DNA of 64,000 nt from an uncultured virus (IMG/VR IMGVR_UViG_3300007541_000015) (lineage: Duplodnaviria; Heunggongvirae; Uroviricota; Caudoviricetes), in IMG/VR virus record IMGVR_UViG_3300007541_000015. The stretch is one strand, 5' to 3'. The notes under the pieces were generated by a model. That model saw only the letters and a list, made by a program, of their open reading frames with translations, searched no databases and had not been told where the DNA came from. The stretch's first letter is position 1, and each line of letters opens with the position of its first letter. The translations under genes were made by a program, and so were the position numbers. Below, piece by piece: positions 56,008 through 64,000 of the stretch.

Positions 56008-57037
56008 TTGGGAACCTCCAGCATTTTCCTACACAATAACCATTGGATATGAGTGTTTCGCACTTAGGAGAATATCTGTTATTTCTAACAATATAACTAA
56101 CGTGCTTAAAAGATTCTCTTTCATTCCAATCTAGCCATATTTCTTCAGAAGAACCGAACACATCATGTAATTCTTCCATTATTCTTTCAGACACTTCCTT
56201 TATTTGTTCTCCATTTAACCTAATACCTGAAGAACCTGTGAGGATATCTCTATACCATTGAACCAAATAAACTCGTGCAAAATGCCCGGGATTCTCAACC
56301 ATAGTGGCGTTGTGCAAACAGGGAAGGATGGGGAGTTTACCGTTGTGTTTAGGCACAGAAACTTCACCCTCCACCATCTCGATAGGGGGTTGTTCGGGGA
56401 AGACGACCCGCTGACTACCCGACTTTTGGAACGGAATAAGTCTTGGACTTCGCGCCATTAGAAGAATGTCTTCAAGGTTCATCGAAAACACGTCCTCATA
56501 GAAAAGCGGGATGCAATACAAAACATTACCTGAACCATCATCAGATGCCATATTTACGGTATTTGGAACCCTTCGCAATCTTGAGGCTTGTCCTACTCTA
56601 TCATCGAGAGAAGAGCCTCCACCATTCTCATACAGATATTGCTTAACCACTTTGAAATAAGCCTGAATATCTCTAATATTGTCTGTGCGGTTTCCTTCAA
56701 TGAATAAATGAAATCCCCTCCCTGAAAAGAACAACGTGTGTATTAAATCTTCATCCTTTACCATCTGCATTACGATTCTTACATCATCCAATGCTTTCTG
56801 TAACCGTTCTCCGTGAGCATCAAAATCAAGAAAGATGCGGTCAAGGATTACAGAAGATTCGATAGCAGTTGTTTCTGAAAATTCTTCAAAATCATACACA
56901 GTTGTATATACATTCGTTCTGTTGTTGTGTGCATTCACAAATTCGGAATACTCACTTTTTGTCAGAACTTTCTTTCTCTTCATCTGAGGGGCGTTTGGAA
57001 TGTGACTCCCCGCCCAAACTAGTCTCGGAAATTTCAT
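55994..57037 (-). CDS. Archaeo-eukaryotic primase, PriS catalytic domain fused to PriL-like Fe-S domain
   Basis: FLDFD, SGRGFH, RLRRVPNT; C-terminal LPC...HFAR...KC...C...C. Confidence 0.85.
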   Translation of the reverse strand: MKFPRLVWAGSHIPNAPQMKRKKVLTKSEYSEFVNAHNNRTNVYTTVYDFEEFSETTAIESSVILDRIFLDFDAHGERLQKALDDVRIVMQMVKDEDLIHTLFFSGRGFHLFIEGNRTDNIRDIQAYFKVVKQYLYENGGGSSLDDRVGQASRLRRVPNTVNMASDDGSGNVLYCIPLFYEDVFSMNLEDILLMARSPRLIPFQKSGSQRVVFPEQPPIEMVEGEVSVPKHNGKLPILPCLHNATMVENPGHFARVYLVQWYRDILTGSSGIRLNGEQIKEVSERIMEELHDVFGSSEEIWLDWNERESFKHVSYIVRNNRYSPKCETLISNGYCVGKCWRFPNGKK

Positions 57038-57323
57038 TATTACCACCAAAATTAACTGTTGCGCTATTTAACATTTCACGGATAATACCGGCTACTTCTG
57101 CCTGTAAAGAAGCCATGATTGCTTCACGCATAGCATCTTCAAATGTGCTTCCAACGAAAGCATCATTTACTCTAACATCTCTAATTAGTTGAAATCTTTC
57201 AGATAGTTTCATCTCGGAATATAGATTATTAGAAAGGGATTCTATTGTTGATTTCAAGTTAGAAATTTCATTGAATGTCCAATTTCTTGCTAGCACTTTT
57301 GACTCTATCAAATCTCTAATCAT
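56952..57323 (-). CDS. Hypothetical protein
   Basis: ORF in operon; 3' end overlaps primase start. Confidence 0.6.
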   Translation of the reverse strand: MIRDLIESKVLARNWTFNEISNLKSTIESLSNNLYSEMKLSERFQLIRDVRVNDAFVGSTFEDAMREAIMASLQAEVAGIIREMLNSATVNFGGNNEISETSLGGESHSKRPSDEEKESSDKK

Positions 57324-58228
57324 CACAACCACGAATCCGTTTGTGCTGCATCACACATTCCGAAGAAAGAACAATGTGTGCATGTTTTATAGTAAAACTT
57401 AGGAGCAAAGGTCTTCTGCTCATAAGCATACAGTAATTTGGCGATACCGTCGGCAACTGAGGTCATAGAGCGTTTCTTGACTTCCTCAACATAGAGGTAG
57501 TTAGAAACGGGGTAATACCATCCCCAATGAGTCACCTTCATGTCTTTAGTCAAGCCGTTTTTGATGAGGACTTCCTCAGGCGCGGATTCAATCATCAATT
57601 GATAGAAGGCCATTTCCTTTCTCATCGTTGTTGTCTTGTAATCCTTCCACGGTCCGGTCTTCAACTCCATAGGAATGAGCGAATTTCCTTCGCGGAATAC
57701 ACGGTCAATGATACCTTGAAGGTGAATTTTGTAGTCACGCTGAAGAGGATATTTTGCGCTCTGATTTTTCTTGAAGGTAATTTCAGCATCAAACTTTCCT
57801 TCGTTCACTATCGGCAAAAACTCATCCAACTTCTTTTCATCCCTGCATTCAATGAAACGCTCGGCTTCTGTTGATGCAATAGTTAGATAAATGTCTAGGT
57901 AATCATCAATCGGGAAAAGGCTTTGACAATAATCTAGAATCTCTGTGTTGTTCATTGTTTCTGCCTTAGCAATATCGAAGTCCCTGAAGAAGTCCTCACG
58001 CGCATTGTGAACAATTGTTCCCTTAAGCATGGCTTCTGTTTGGTCTTGCGGAAGTCTTTGGATATAGGAAAAATCATACTTTTTAGGACACCAATCGTGA
58101 GAACCAAGAGAAGACTTGGTAATCTTCAAGATTGGTTTAGATGGGTCTTCCGACCAATCAGGGTTCCAATCATAAGTGTATTCATCCATTGATTTGATAA
58201 TCGCTTCGTATTTTTCGTCGTTATTCAT
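57323..58228 (-). CDS. Cas4-like/AddB-like PD-(D/E)XK nuclease
   Basis: WCP...GTIVH...GIIDR...ELKTG...CTHCSFFGMC (4-Cys Fe-S arrangement). Confidence 0.85.
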   Translation of the reverse strand: MNNDEKYEAIIKSMDEYTYDWNPDWSEDPSKPILKITKSSLGSHDWCPKKYDFSYIQRLPQDQTEAMLKGTIVHNAREDFFRDFDIAKAETMNNTEILDYCQSLFPIDDYLDIYLTIASTEAERFIECRDEKKLDEFLPIVNEGKFDAEITFKKNQSAKYPLQRDYKIHLQGIIDRVFREGNSLIPMELKTGPWKDYKTTTMRKEMAFYQLMIESAPEEVLIKNGLTKDMKVTHWGWYYPVSNYLYVEEVKKRSMTSVADGIAKLLYAYEQKTFAPKFYYKTCTHCSFFGMCDAAQTDSWL

Positions 58229-58229
58229 T

Positions 58230-59117
58230 TTACCACCACTCATCTAGTGTTAATTGTATTCTATTCGTTCTGATGCTTGAAGTTTCCCACCCCATAGCCT
58301 TATACACAGGTTCTGCTTTTTTAATTACAGACTCAGCATAATACTCATAATCTGCATTCCACTTATCAAACTCTTCATAAGTCGAAGCAGAAACATATTC
58401 CACCGGCTTCTTTTCCTTTGTTAAGGGATGGGTGTAAGTTTTACCCTGTGCATTTACCTTCAAGAAAAGGTAAGAATCATCAAACTCAGTATCTGTGTGT
58501 TCCCAAGCATAAAGAACACCTGCGATACCTTCTTTGATTGAAGGTTTTTTGTATTCTAAGGTAACGAAACTCGATGAATCTTTACCGCACTTTTCGCACC
58601 ATTTTGAATGGAGCATATTTCTCAATTCATGATGTTTTTTACAGTCAGGGCATTTTACTGTCATCCTGTTGTCTTTTAGACGACTTCTCTTGATAATCGA
58701 AGCCAATGGAACATCGCCTTTCAGAACAGATTGATAAGTCTCATAGAGATAAGACGTAATTTCTGCCTGAGATTTTTGAGCAGCCCACATTTTCAGAACA
58801 GTTGTCTGAACTTCCTTCGAGAGTTTTGTTTCGCTAACTCTTTTTGCGGTGTAGCCGGTCATCGTGAATTTTTCTTTGTCTAAAAATACACCATCTTCCC
58901 AAGTAATCATGCCCGCGTTTCGATTCTTAGTTACACCCACACCAAGAGCAGAAAAATACTTCTCAAACTCAAGGACAACGGGGTGTTCATCAAGATTCAT
59001 TACGTTTGGAAAAATCTTACGAACTCGTTCTTGAATAAGAGCAACTTTTTCAAGTGCTTCTTCAACAGAATCAATCTGAACATAGATTGAATCTGTGTGT
59101 CCATAAACTACTTTCAT
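58230..59117 (-). CDS. polB: Family B DNA polymerase, C-terminal half (motif C, thumb)
   Basis: YGHTDS motif C, KNRNAG, G..AKR; Zn-finger insertion; C-terminal QLTLDEWW PIP-like. Confidence 0.88.
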   Translation of the reverse strand: MKVVYGHTDSIYVQIDSVEEALEKVALIQERVRKIFPNVMNLDEHPVVLEFEKYFSALGVGVTKNRNAGMITWEDGVFLDKEKFTMTGYTAKRVSETKLSKEVQTTVLKMWAAQKSQAEITSYLYETYQSVLKGDVPLASIIKRSRLKDNRMTVKCPDCKKHHELRNMLHSKWCEKCGKDSSSFVTLEYKKPSIKEGIAGVLYAWEHTDTEFDDSYLFLKVNAQGKTYTHPLTKEKKPVEYVSASTYEEFDKWNADYEYYAESVIKKAEPVYKAMGWETSSIRTNRIQLTLDEWW

Positions 59118-59332
59118 TTCCACCAACTACCATTTCCATTATAATGCAAGAATTTTGAAGCAGGTGCTTCATGCATTTCTTGGATTTCTCGAATTGCTTC
59201 CCATATAGTTTTGAATCCTTCGATGGCGTTAAGAATATCTTCTCGCTCATCTTCCAATTCATTGATTCTATGAATCGCTTCTTCAAGTCGTTGTTCCAAC
59301 AGATTTATTCTACTTTCATTATCTAGTTTCAT
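59114..59332 (-). CDS. Small coiled-coil protein between polB halves
   Basis: ORF with ATGA overlaps at both ends. Confidence 0.65.
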   Translation of the reverse strand: MKLDNESRINLLEQRLEEAIHRINELEDEREDILNAIEGFKTIWEAIREIQEMHEAPASKFLHYNGNGSWWK

Positions 59333-59532
59333 TCAATTCGCCTCCAAAGTGCTTTTTGTGTTTTAACTACATTCGGGTGTCTGCTAAGAAAAAAAGATAC
59401 CTGTCTTTGATTCTGCACAAACTTTTTCATTATAGGCTTGGACCTTTCCATAAATACATGAGATGAAAATTCCTCACCTACTTTAAATTCACTTTCTAAG
59501 ATATCATTCATTCTTTCTTTTATTGTTATCAT
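59329..59532 (-). CDS. Small wHTH-like protein between polB halves
   Basis: ORF; TAATG overlap with polB N-half. Confidence 0.6.
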   Translation of the reverse strand: MITIKERMNDILESEFKVGEEFSSHVFMERSKPIMKKFVQNQRQVSFFLSRHPNVVKTQKALWRRIE

Positions 59533-61196
59533 TATACCATCTCCTTTGCTGCAAAGGCGGCTTCACGGATTGCTTCTCTCGCAGATGCGGTAATAGAAGC
59601 GGCTAATTCAACATCAGCCCAACCAAATCCTTGATAAGCAACGATGCCGTAAAAAGACGCCATTAGTCGCTTAACTGCCATTTGATTGTTATACCACTTA
59701 CGGTATTCTAATTCATTACCCGCTTCGCGGGACTCTCTCATCCTCCGCTTATAATCATTACGAAGATTCTTCAGATGAAGAACAGAACGTGGAAGAAGAC
59801 CCAATTCATCTGTTTTATAGTAGCGCATTTCAAATACCCTTTCTTCAGAGAAATCACGAGGAGTAAGAATATTTACTCCAAACTCTGTTTCTTCAAATGA
59901 CTTAGTTTCCCAAGAAATGTTCCGAGCAATCATCATTGAAGGATATAGACCTGCGAAGTCAAACGCCGCTACGTTGAGATGCAATCCAAACGTCCCTTCT
60001 GATGTTGGGTCGTAAATCATAGCACCTTCATATTCTTCTCGTTCTCCATCCTTAGAACCTGTTGGGGCCTTCCACCAAGCATTACGCATAAAGTAAATAG
60101 AACCCATGTGGCTCGCAAAGAAACAAGCATCAAAAGGAGCAATAAGAAGTCGTTGAAGTGAAATGATTGCTTCGCTTGTGAAGTTAGTTTCGTCAATCTT
60201 ACGCAGAATATCAACGTCAACAAGAGCATATTGCAAATAAACGTCTGTGTCCTCTAACCATCCACGGCGATAAAACTCGTTAGGGTCTGTAAACTTGGAA
60301 GTCCAAACCTTACCTTGTCCGAAAAGAGTATTTGATACATAGTCAAGAGAAAGACTCGGAAGGGTTCCGCGTTGTGAATCATTCCATTGACGTTCAAAAG
60401 CAAGGTCAAGATTCAAGGTAATACGTCCCTTGATAGGTTGAGAAATAGGAGCGAATCCTTTATCGCCCTTGTAATACTCAAAACCATCACGGGTTTTCTT
60501 AATTCCATCAACTGCATAAACGGGACTCAACTCGTTAGGGTTCAATCCATTAACACAAAGACGGTTCAGCAAAACAGGAAGGTCGAACTTTAGACCAAAC
60601 CAAGCAATCAGCATATCAGGGTCTTTTGCTTGAACGGACTTAACAAACGAAGCAAGCATATTTTTCTCGGAAGAAAAGATAAAGACTTCTGTATCAAATC
60701 CTTCAATCGCAGGATGCACAAACTTAGACTCTTCAGGAAACCAAGTCCAAAGATAGAACCGCTTGTCATAGTTATCATAAACAGAAATAGCAGTAATAAA
60801 ATCGTGGTATTCTCCACCTTGTTGCCATTCCATATCCCAATACCACTTACGCATATCATATTCAGGTAAAGAGTCTAACTCATCAACGCAATACCTAAAG
60901 TGCAAAGGAACATCGGCTTCATATGTTTCGGGAAATAACTTCCTTGCTTCACTAACATCATCAGCCTGTTCAACATAGACCTTAGTTAGAGAAATACCTC
61001 GAAGATTTGTTTCTTCAACATCTTCATATTTGAACTCTCGCTCGATGTATTTAGTTGGTCTATACTTACTAGGCTTCTTTGCATCTGAAGGAATATAGAA
61101 ATACGGGCGAAATTCGACAACTTCTGTCTTTTTCTCTCCGTTTTCTCTCCAAGATTTAAAGATATGAAAACCTGTATTTAATTTGCTAATAATCAT
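59532..61196 (-). CDS. polB: Family B DNA polymerase, N-terminal half (exonuclease, motifs A and B)
   Basis: FRPYFY, WDME ExoI, FDL ExoII, YALVD ExoIII, DFAGLYPS, KRLMASFYG. Confidence 0.92.
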   Translation of the reverse strand: MIISKLNTGFHIFKSWRENGEKKTEVVEFRPYFYIPSDAKKPSKYRPTKYIEREFKYEDVEETNLRGISLTKVYVEQADDVSEARKLFPETYEADVPLHFRYCVDELDSLPEYDMRKWYWDMEWQQGGEYHDFITAISVYDNYDKRFYLWTWFPEESKFVHPAIEGFDTEVFIFSSEKNMLASFVKSVQAKDPDMLIAWFGLKFDLPVLLNRLCVNGLNPNELSPVYAVDGIKKTRDGFEYYKGDKGFAPISQPIKGRITLNLDLAFERQWNDSQRGTLPSLSLDYVSNTLFGQGKVWTSKFTDPNEFYRRGWLEDTDVYLQYALVDVDILRKIDETNFTSEAIISLQRLLIAPFDACFFASHMGSIYFMRNAWWKAPTGSKDGEREEYEGAMIYDPTSEGTFGLHLNVAAFDFAGLYPSMMIARNISWETKSFEETEFGVNILTPRDFSEERVFEMRYYKTDELGLLPRSVLHLKNLRNDYKRRMRESREAGNELEYRKWYNNQMAVKRLMASFYGIVAYQGFGWADVELAASITASAREAIREAAFAAKEMV

Positions 61197-61197
61197 T

Positions 61198-61965
61198 TCA
61201 CACACCCGCTACATACGGAGCCTTAATGATTCTCCTATCGTCAGCAACGACAAATAAAGGAGCCTCATCTAAGACATAAAAGGTAAGCATTTGGTCTTTC
61301 TCAAAGAAGTTATGGATTGGCCCTGAAAACTCAACAGTCGCAGGTTCACCACAACGAAACACCGTTTGGATTGTTTCCTTGTAATTGTTCGTTGTGTTAA
61401 ACGTGCTTGAGAACTCTAAACTTTCTTCCTTAAAATCTAATTTAAAGACACCGGAACCAACTAATTCACAAGAAGAAATCACATCAGAAAATACTGATGC
61501 TTGAACCATAAAGCAACCTTCATACTTAGCAAGACCGACTGTTGGTAGTTTGTCTGCTTCATACTCAATAGATGCTTCATTTATGGCTTTACTCGCTCTC
61601 ATGATTGAAGGTAAAGATGCCCATTCAACTACTCTAGGAAGGGAAGCCTTCTTAGAACCCGAAGAAATACTTAGGAAATCACCTCTTTCTAGGGAAACAA
61701 TATCACCAAATTTCTTCAGGTAGTCAATAATAGGGGCAGACTGTCCAATGTAGTCGCCTGCTTCTAAAACTTCTGCTTCAATAGAAATATTGACAACCAT
61801 TGTTGGATTTCCAGAAAAGAGGGTAAGAGTATCATTCTCTGCCTTCATATAGAAAACATCATCTAGTTTTCCTGAAGAGAGTCCACCCTTATTTACATAC
61901 TTCCCCTTTACTTGAATCTTCTCCAAAGCATTCTTAAGTGTATTTGAATTTACATTTACTTTCAT
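61198..61965 (-). CDS. DNA sliding clamp (PCNA-like)
   Basis: About 255 aa, two-domain alpha/beta pattern, C-terminal ..APL....IKAP; adjacent to polB. Confidence 0.7.
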   Translation of the reverse strand: MKVNVNSNTLKNALEKIQVKGKYVNKGGLSSGKLDDVFYMKAENDTLTLFSGNPTMVVNISIEAEVLEAGDYIGQSAPIIDYLKKFGDIVSLERGDFLSISSGSKKASLPRVVEWASLPSIMRASKAINEASIEYEADKLPTVGLAKYEGCFMVQASVFSDVISSCELVGSGVFKLDFKEESLEFSSTFNTTNNYKETIQTVFRCGEPATVEFSGPIHNFFEKDQMLTFYVLDEAPLFVVADDRRIIKAPYVAGV

Positions 61966-61973
61966 AATATCCC

Positions 61974-62762
61974 TCAAATCTTACGTTCACGCAATTCAGG
62001 AATGCCGTTCCACTTAATGTTCGGTGGTTCGCCTTCCCTAATAACAAACTTTGTTCCAACAAGATTACCGTTGGTCCTACTTCCAACCAATTCAGCAACA
62101 TACTGCAATTCATTCTTAAACTTCTTTCGATAGCAATGAATTTCTTGCTCAAGTTTGCCGCCCCAATCACGCCAATTTGCGACAACTCCTACCGGAGAAT
62201 TATCCACATACTTTTCAGTTTCGTGGGTAATATAAATTACATCGCAAGGCAGACGATAAATAGCCATCATCAAATGCTCAAATGTTTTATTTCTAGCACC
62301 ATATTGAAAAGGCATAATTTTCGTAACAACAGTAGGGTTTGGATTTACCTTTAAAATACACGACTCAAACCAAGAATCAACACCGTCAATAACAAAAATT
62401 GGATTTTTACCGGCTTCCATTTCTTCACGAACATACTTCACAAAATCATGTGAATTATTTTCAGAAGCAGTAATATCCACTACATTGTCTTTGTTCATCT
62501 CGATAGGGCAATAAACAGTAATTCTATCAGTAGCGTTGTGATGTTCAATCCAAGTTGACTCAACACCCATATCCCAATCCAAGACATAAATATCTCGGTC
62601 TGGAAAATCCAATGCAAGACCCGTTTTTCCTGTTTTGGGTTCTCCCCAAATACCTAAACATAACCTTGATTGTCGGGTTTCTCTTGCTTTTGCCTTATGT
62701 GCTTCAAGACGTTCTTTGAAGGAAACAGAAGCATCTGTTGTTTTTCTATCAGTCAATCCCAT
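61974..62762 (-). CDS. RecA-like P-loop ATPase (Sak4/AAA_24-like)
   Basis: GEPKTGKT, VIDG Walker B, YITHE. Confidence 0.8.
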   Translation of the reverse strand: MGLTDRKTTDASVSFKERLEAHKAKARETRQSRLCLGIWGEPKTGKTGLALDFPDRDIYVLDWDMGVESTWIEHHNATDRITVYCPIEMNKDNVVDITASENNSHDFVKYVREEMEAGKNPIFVIDGVDSWFESCILKVNPNPTVVTKIMPFQYGARNKTFEHLMMAIYRLPCDVIYITHETEKYVDNSPVGVVANWRDWGGKLEQEIHCYRKKFKNELQYVAELVGSRTNGNLVGTKFVIREGEPPNIKWNGIPELRERKI

Positions 62763-63013
62763 TCATTAGCACCGCCTAATTCTGATTCATCTATTGAAAT
62801 ATTTTTACCATGCACGGTGGACCATGTATTAATGATATCGGCAACTTCATTTCTGGTAGTTGTCCTATATCGGCATTCTTTCGTTCCAATGTGAAACTTA
62901 ATCCAAAATTCATTCTCCACTTTTTCGTTTTCCTTAAAAGTGATAAAATCAACTGTGATTAAATCCACAATGTAATTATTCTTTAACATAACGTATCTAT
63001 TTTCTAGTAACAT
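62753..63013 (-). CDS. Hypothetical protein
   Basis: GGAGGGAG RBS before ATG 63013. Confidence 0.6.
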   Translation of the reverse strand: MLLENRYVMLKNNYIVDLITVDFITFKENEKVENEFWIKFHIGTKECRYRTTTRNEVADIINTWSTVHGKNISIDESELGGANEWD

Positions 63014-63090
63014 ATAAACTCCCTCCAAAGGGAAAGGCTTCGCACCCTTTTGGCCGTCATTAACGCCAACGACTACACAACGATTGATTC

Positions 63091-63999
63091 TCAGAACCAA
63101 TCGTAGTCTTCTTCAACTGCTTGAGTCACCTCAACTGCCGAACCCTTACGGTCAAGGACATAAAGTCCCGTTACGTTGATTGTTGCAGGTTCCGTTTCGC
63201 CATCAACTGTTCGCTGAGAAGTGTTTCCGATAACGATTACAGATGAACCGATACCGAAATCAATCTCGATATGCGACGGAATCCAACAGGTTACAACACC
63301 GTTTCCTTCATCATAGTCAAACTCAGCATTCAGGTCAGTAATGTTCAGAATGCGGTTTCCGTTTGATGTTGGGGTCATGTTCATGTTGCACACTACACCA
63401 TCAGTAACGATGAAACGGTCGTTGTATGCAAGTGTTTGACGCTTAATGTGAACATCATCCAACTCAACGAGAGGAACGAGGTGGCTTTCAAGATTTGAAA
63501 CGAAGAAATCCTCAAAGTTAAAACTCGACATATCGCGGTAATCTGTGTTTTCTGGGTCAAGTGATGCGTTCAGAATAAGCGAATTCTTCGTAACATCGGT
63601 CATACCATACAGGTTTCCGTTTTCGTTGGGGATAGCAAGGAAATGAACCCATTCAAAAGTATTAGGTTCAAACTCAACTGAGGGTTGGTTCTTGTAAGAG
63701 AACGGCCAAATCTTCATTTCGCCTCCATCAGATGAACCATAGAACAGCCCTTGTCGGCGGTATTGTTCCACAGGAAGAGGCTTCCCATATCCCTTGTTTT
63801 CACCACCATTCATGTATCGCTCGGTATCATCAAGAGGGATGAAGTATTGTCCATCTTCACCTTCTTCAGCACCATTCGGCAAGTTTGCAACTGTCTTCTC
63901 CTGATATTCATTACGGTTATAACGGGAAACAACCCACTTTCCAAGTGCATTCTGAGAAGCGATTGCGACAATACCCTTTTCTAGAGCATTGTCTGCATC
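63091..63999 (-). CDS. Putative OB-fold ssDNA-binding (RPA-like) protein, 5' truncated by window edge
   Basis: Frame stays open to the window end; C-terminal OB-like strand pattern and acidic-aromatic tail EEDYDWF. Confidence 0.6.
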   Translation of the reverse strand, partial: DADNALEKGIVAIASQNALGKWVVSRYNRNEYQEKTVANLPNGAEEGEDGQYFIPLDDTERYMNGGENKGYGKPLPVEQYRRQGLFYGSSDGGEMKIWPFSYKNQPSVEFEPNTFEWVHFLAIPNENGNLYGMTDVTKNSLILNASLDPENTDYRDMSSFNFEDFFVSNLESHLVPLVELDDVHIKRQTLAYNDRFIVTDGVVCNMNMTPTSNGNRILNITDLNAEFDYDEGNGVVTCWIPSHIEIDFGIGSSVIVIGNTSQRTVDGETEPATINVTGLYVLDRKGSAVEVTQAVEEDYDWF

Positions 64000-64000
64000 T

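Larger units (their letters stand above)
1..64000. mobile_element. Tailed archaeal dsDNA virus genome segment (Magrovirus-like; probable host Marine Group II Euryarchaeota/Poseidoniales)
   Basis: Terminase-portal-protease-MCP-tail order on + strand; archaeal-type replication genes on - strand; GGAGG/GAGGTGA RBSs; no cellular housekeeping genes. Confidence 0.85.

Noticed and set aside
57323..58228. Cas4-like gene as evidence of a CRISPR-Cas system
   Set aside because: Stand-alone Cas4-like nucleases are common in archaeal virus replication modules; no cas1/cas2 or array
1..64000. tRNA/rRNA genes and an integrase/recombinase
   Set aside because: No cloverleaf or T-loop signatures and no tyrosine/serine recombinase motifs recognised in this window; a tRNAscan/HMM run would be needed to exclude them

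Overview
The window is about 64 kb of a tailed (Caudoviricetes) archaeal virus genome, most consistent with a Magrovirus infecting Marine Group II/Poseidoniales. Supporting evidence: GAGGTGA-type RBSs, archaeal-type PolB, PCNA, primase, ERCC4 and Cas4-like genes, and an HK97-type head with a siphovirus-like tail. It has three parts. (1) Positions 1-4.9 kb: a low-complexity stretch, then a visibly GC-richer array of eight expression cassettes (promoter, small gene or putative structured RNA, usually a hairpin). The cassettes are separated by nine related palindromic sites (CAAAG-N6-8-CATATG-N6-8-CTTTG) and occur in both orientations. This is the most unusual feature and is a candidate integron/shufflon-like or co-regulated early-gene cassette system. 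(2) Positions 5-52.6 kb, + strand: the virion/late region. It holds many small proteins sharing a W-x-x-[ILV]-[ILV]-K motif, terminase, a LAGLIDADG protein, portal, an ATP-dependent ligase inside the head module, protease/scaffold, MCP, an Arf/Sar1-like small GTPase with membrane proteins, and tail genes including a -1 frameshift chaperone. (3) Positions 52.7-64 kb, - strand: the replication module (exonuclease, AAA+ helicase-like protein, ERCC4 nuclease, PriS-PriL primase, Cas4-like nuclease, split PolB, clamp, ATPase, partial OB-fold SSB). All calls come from reading motifs by eye; no database searches were run.
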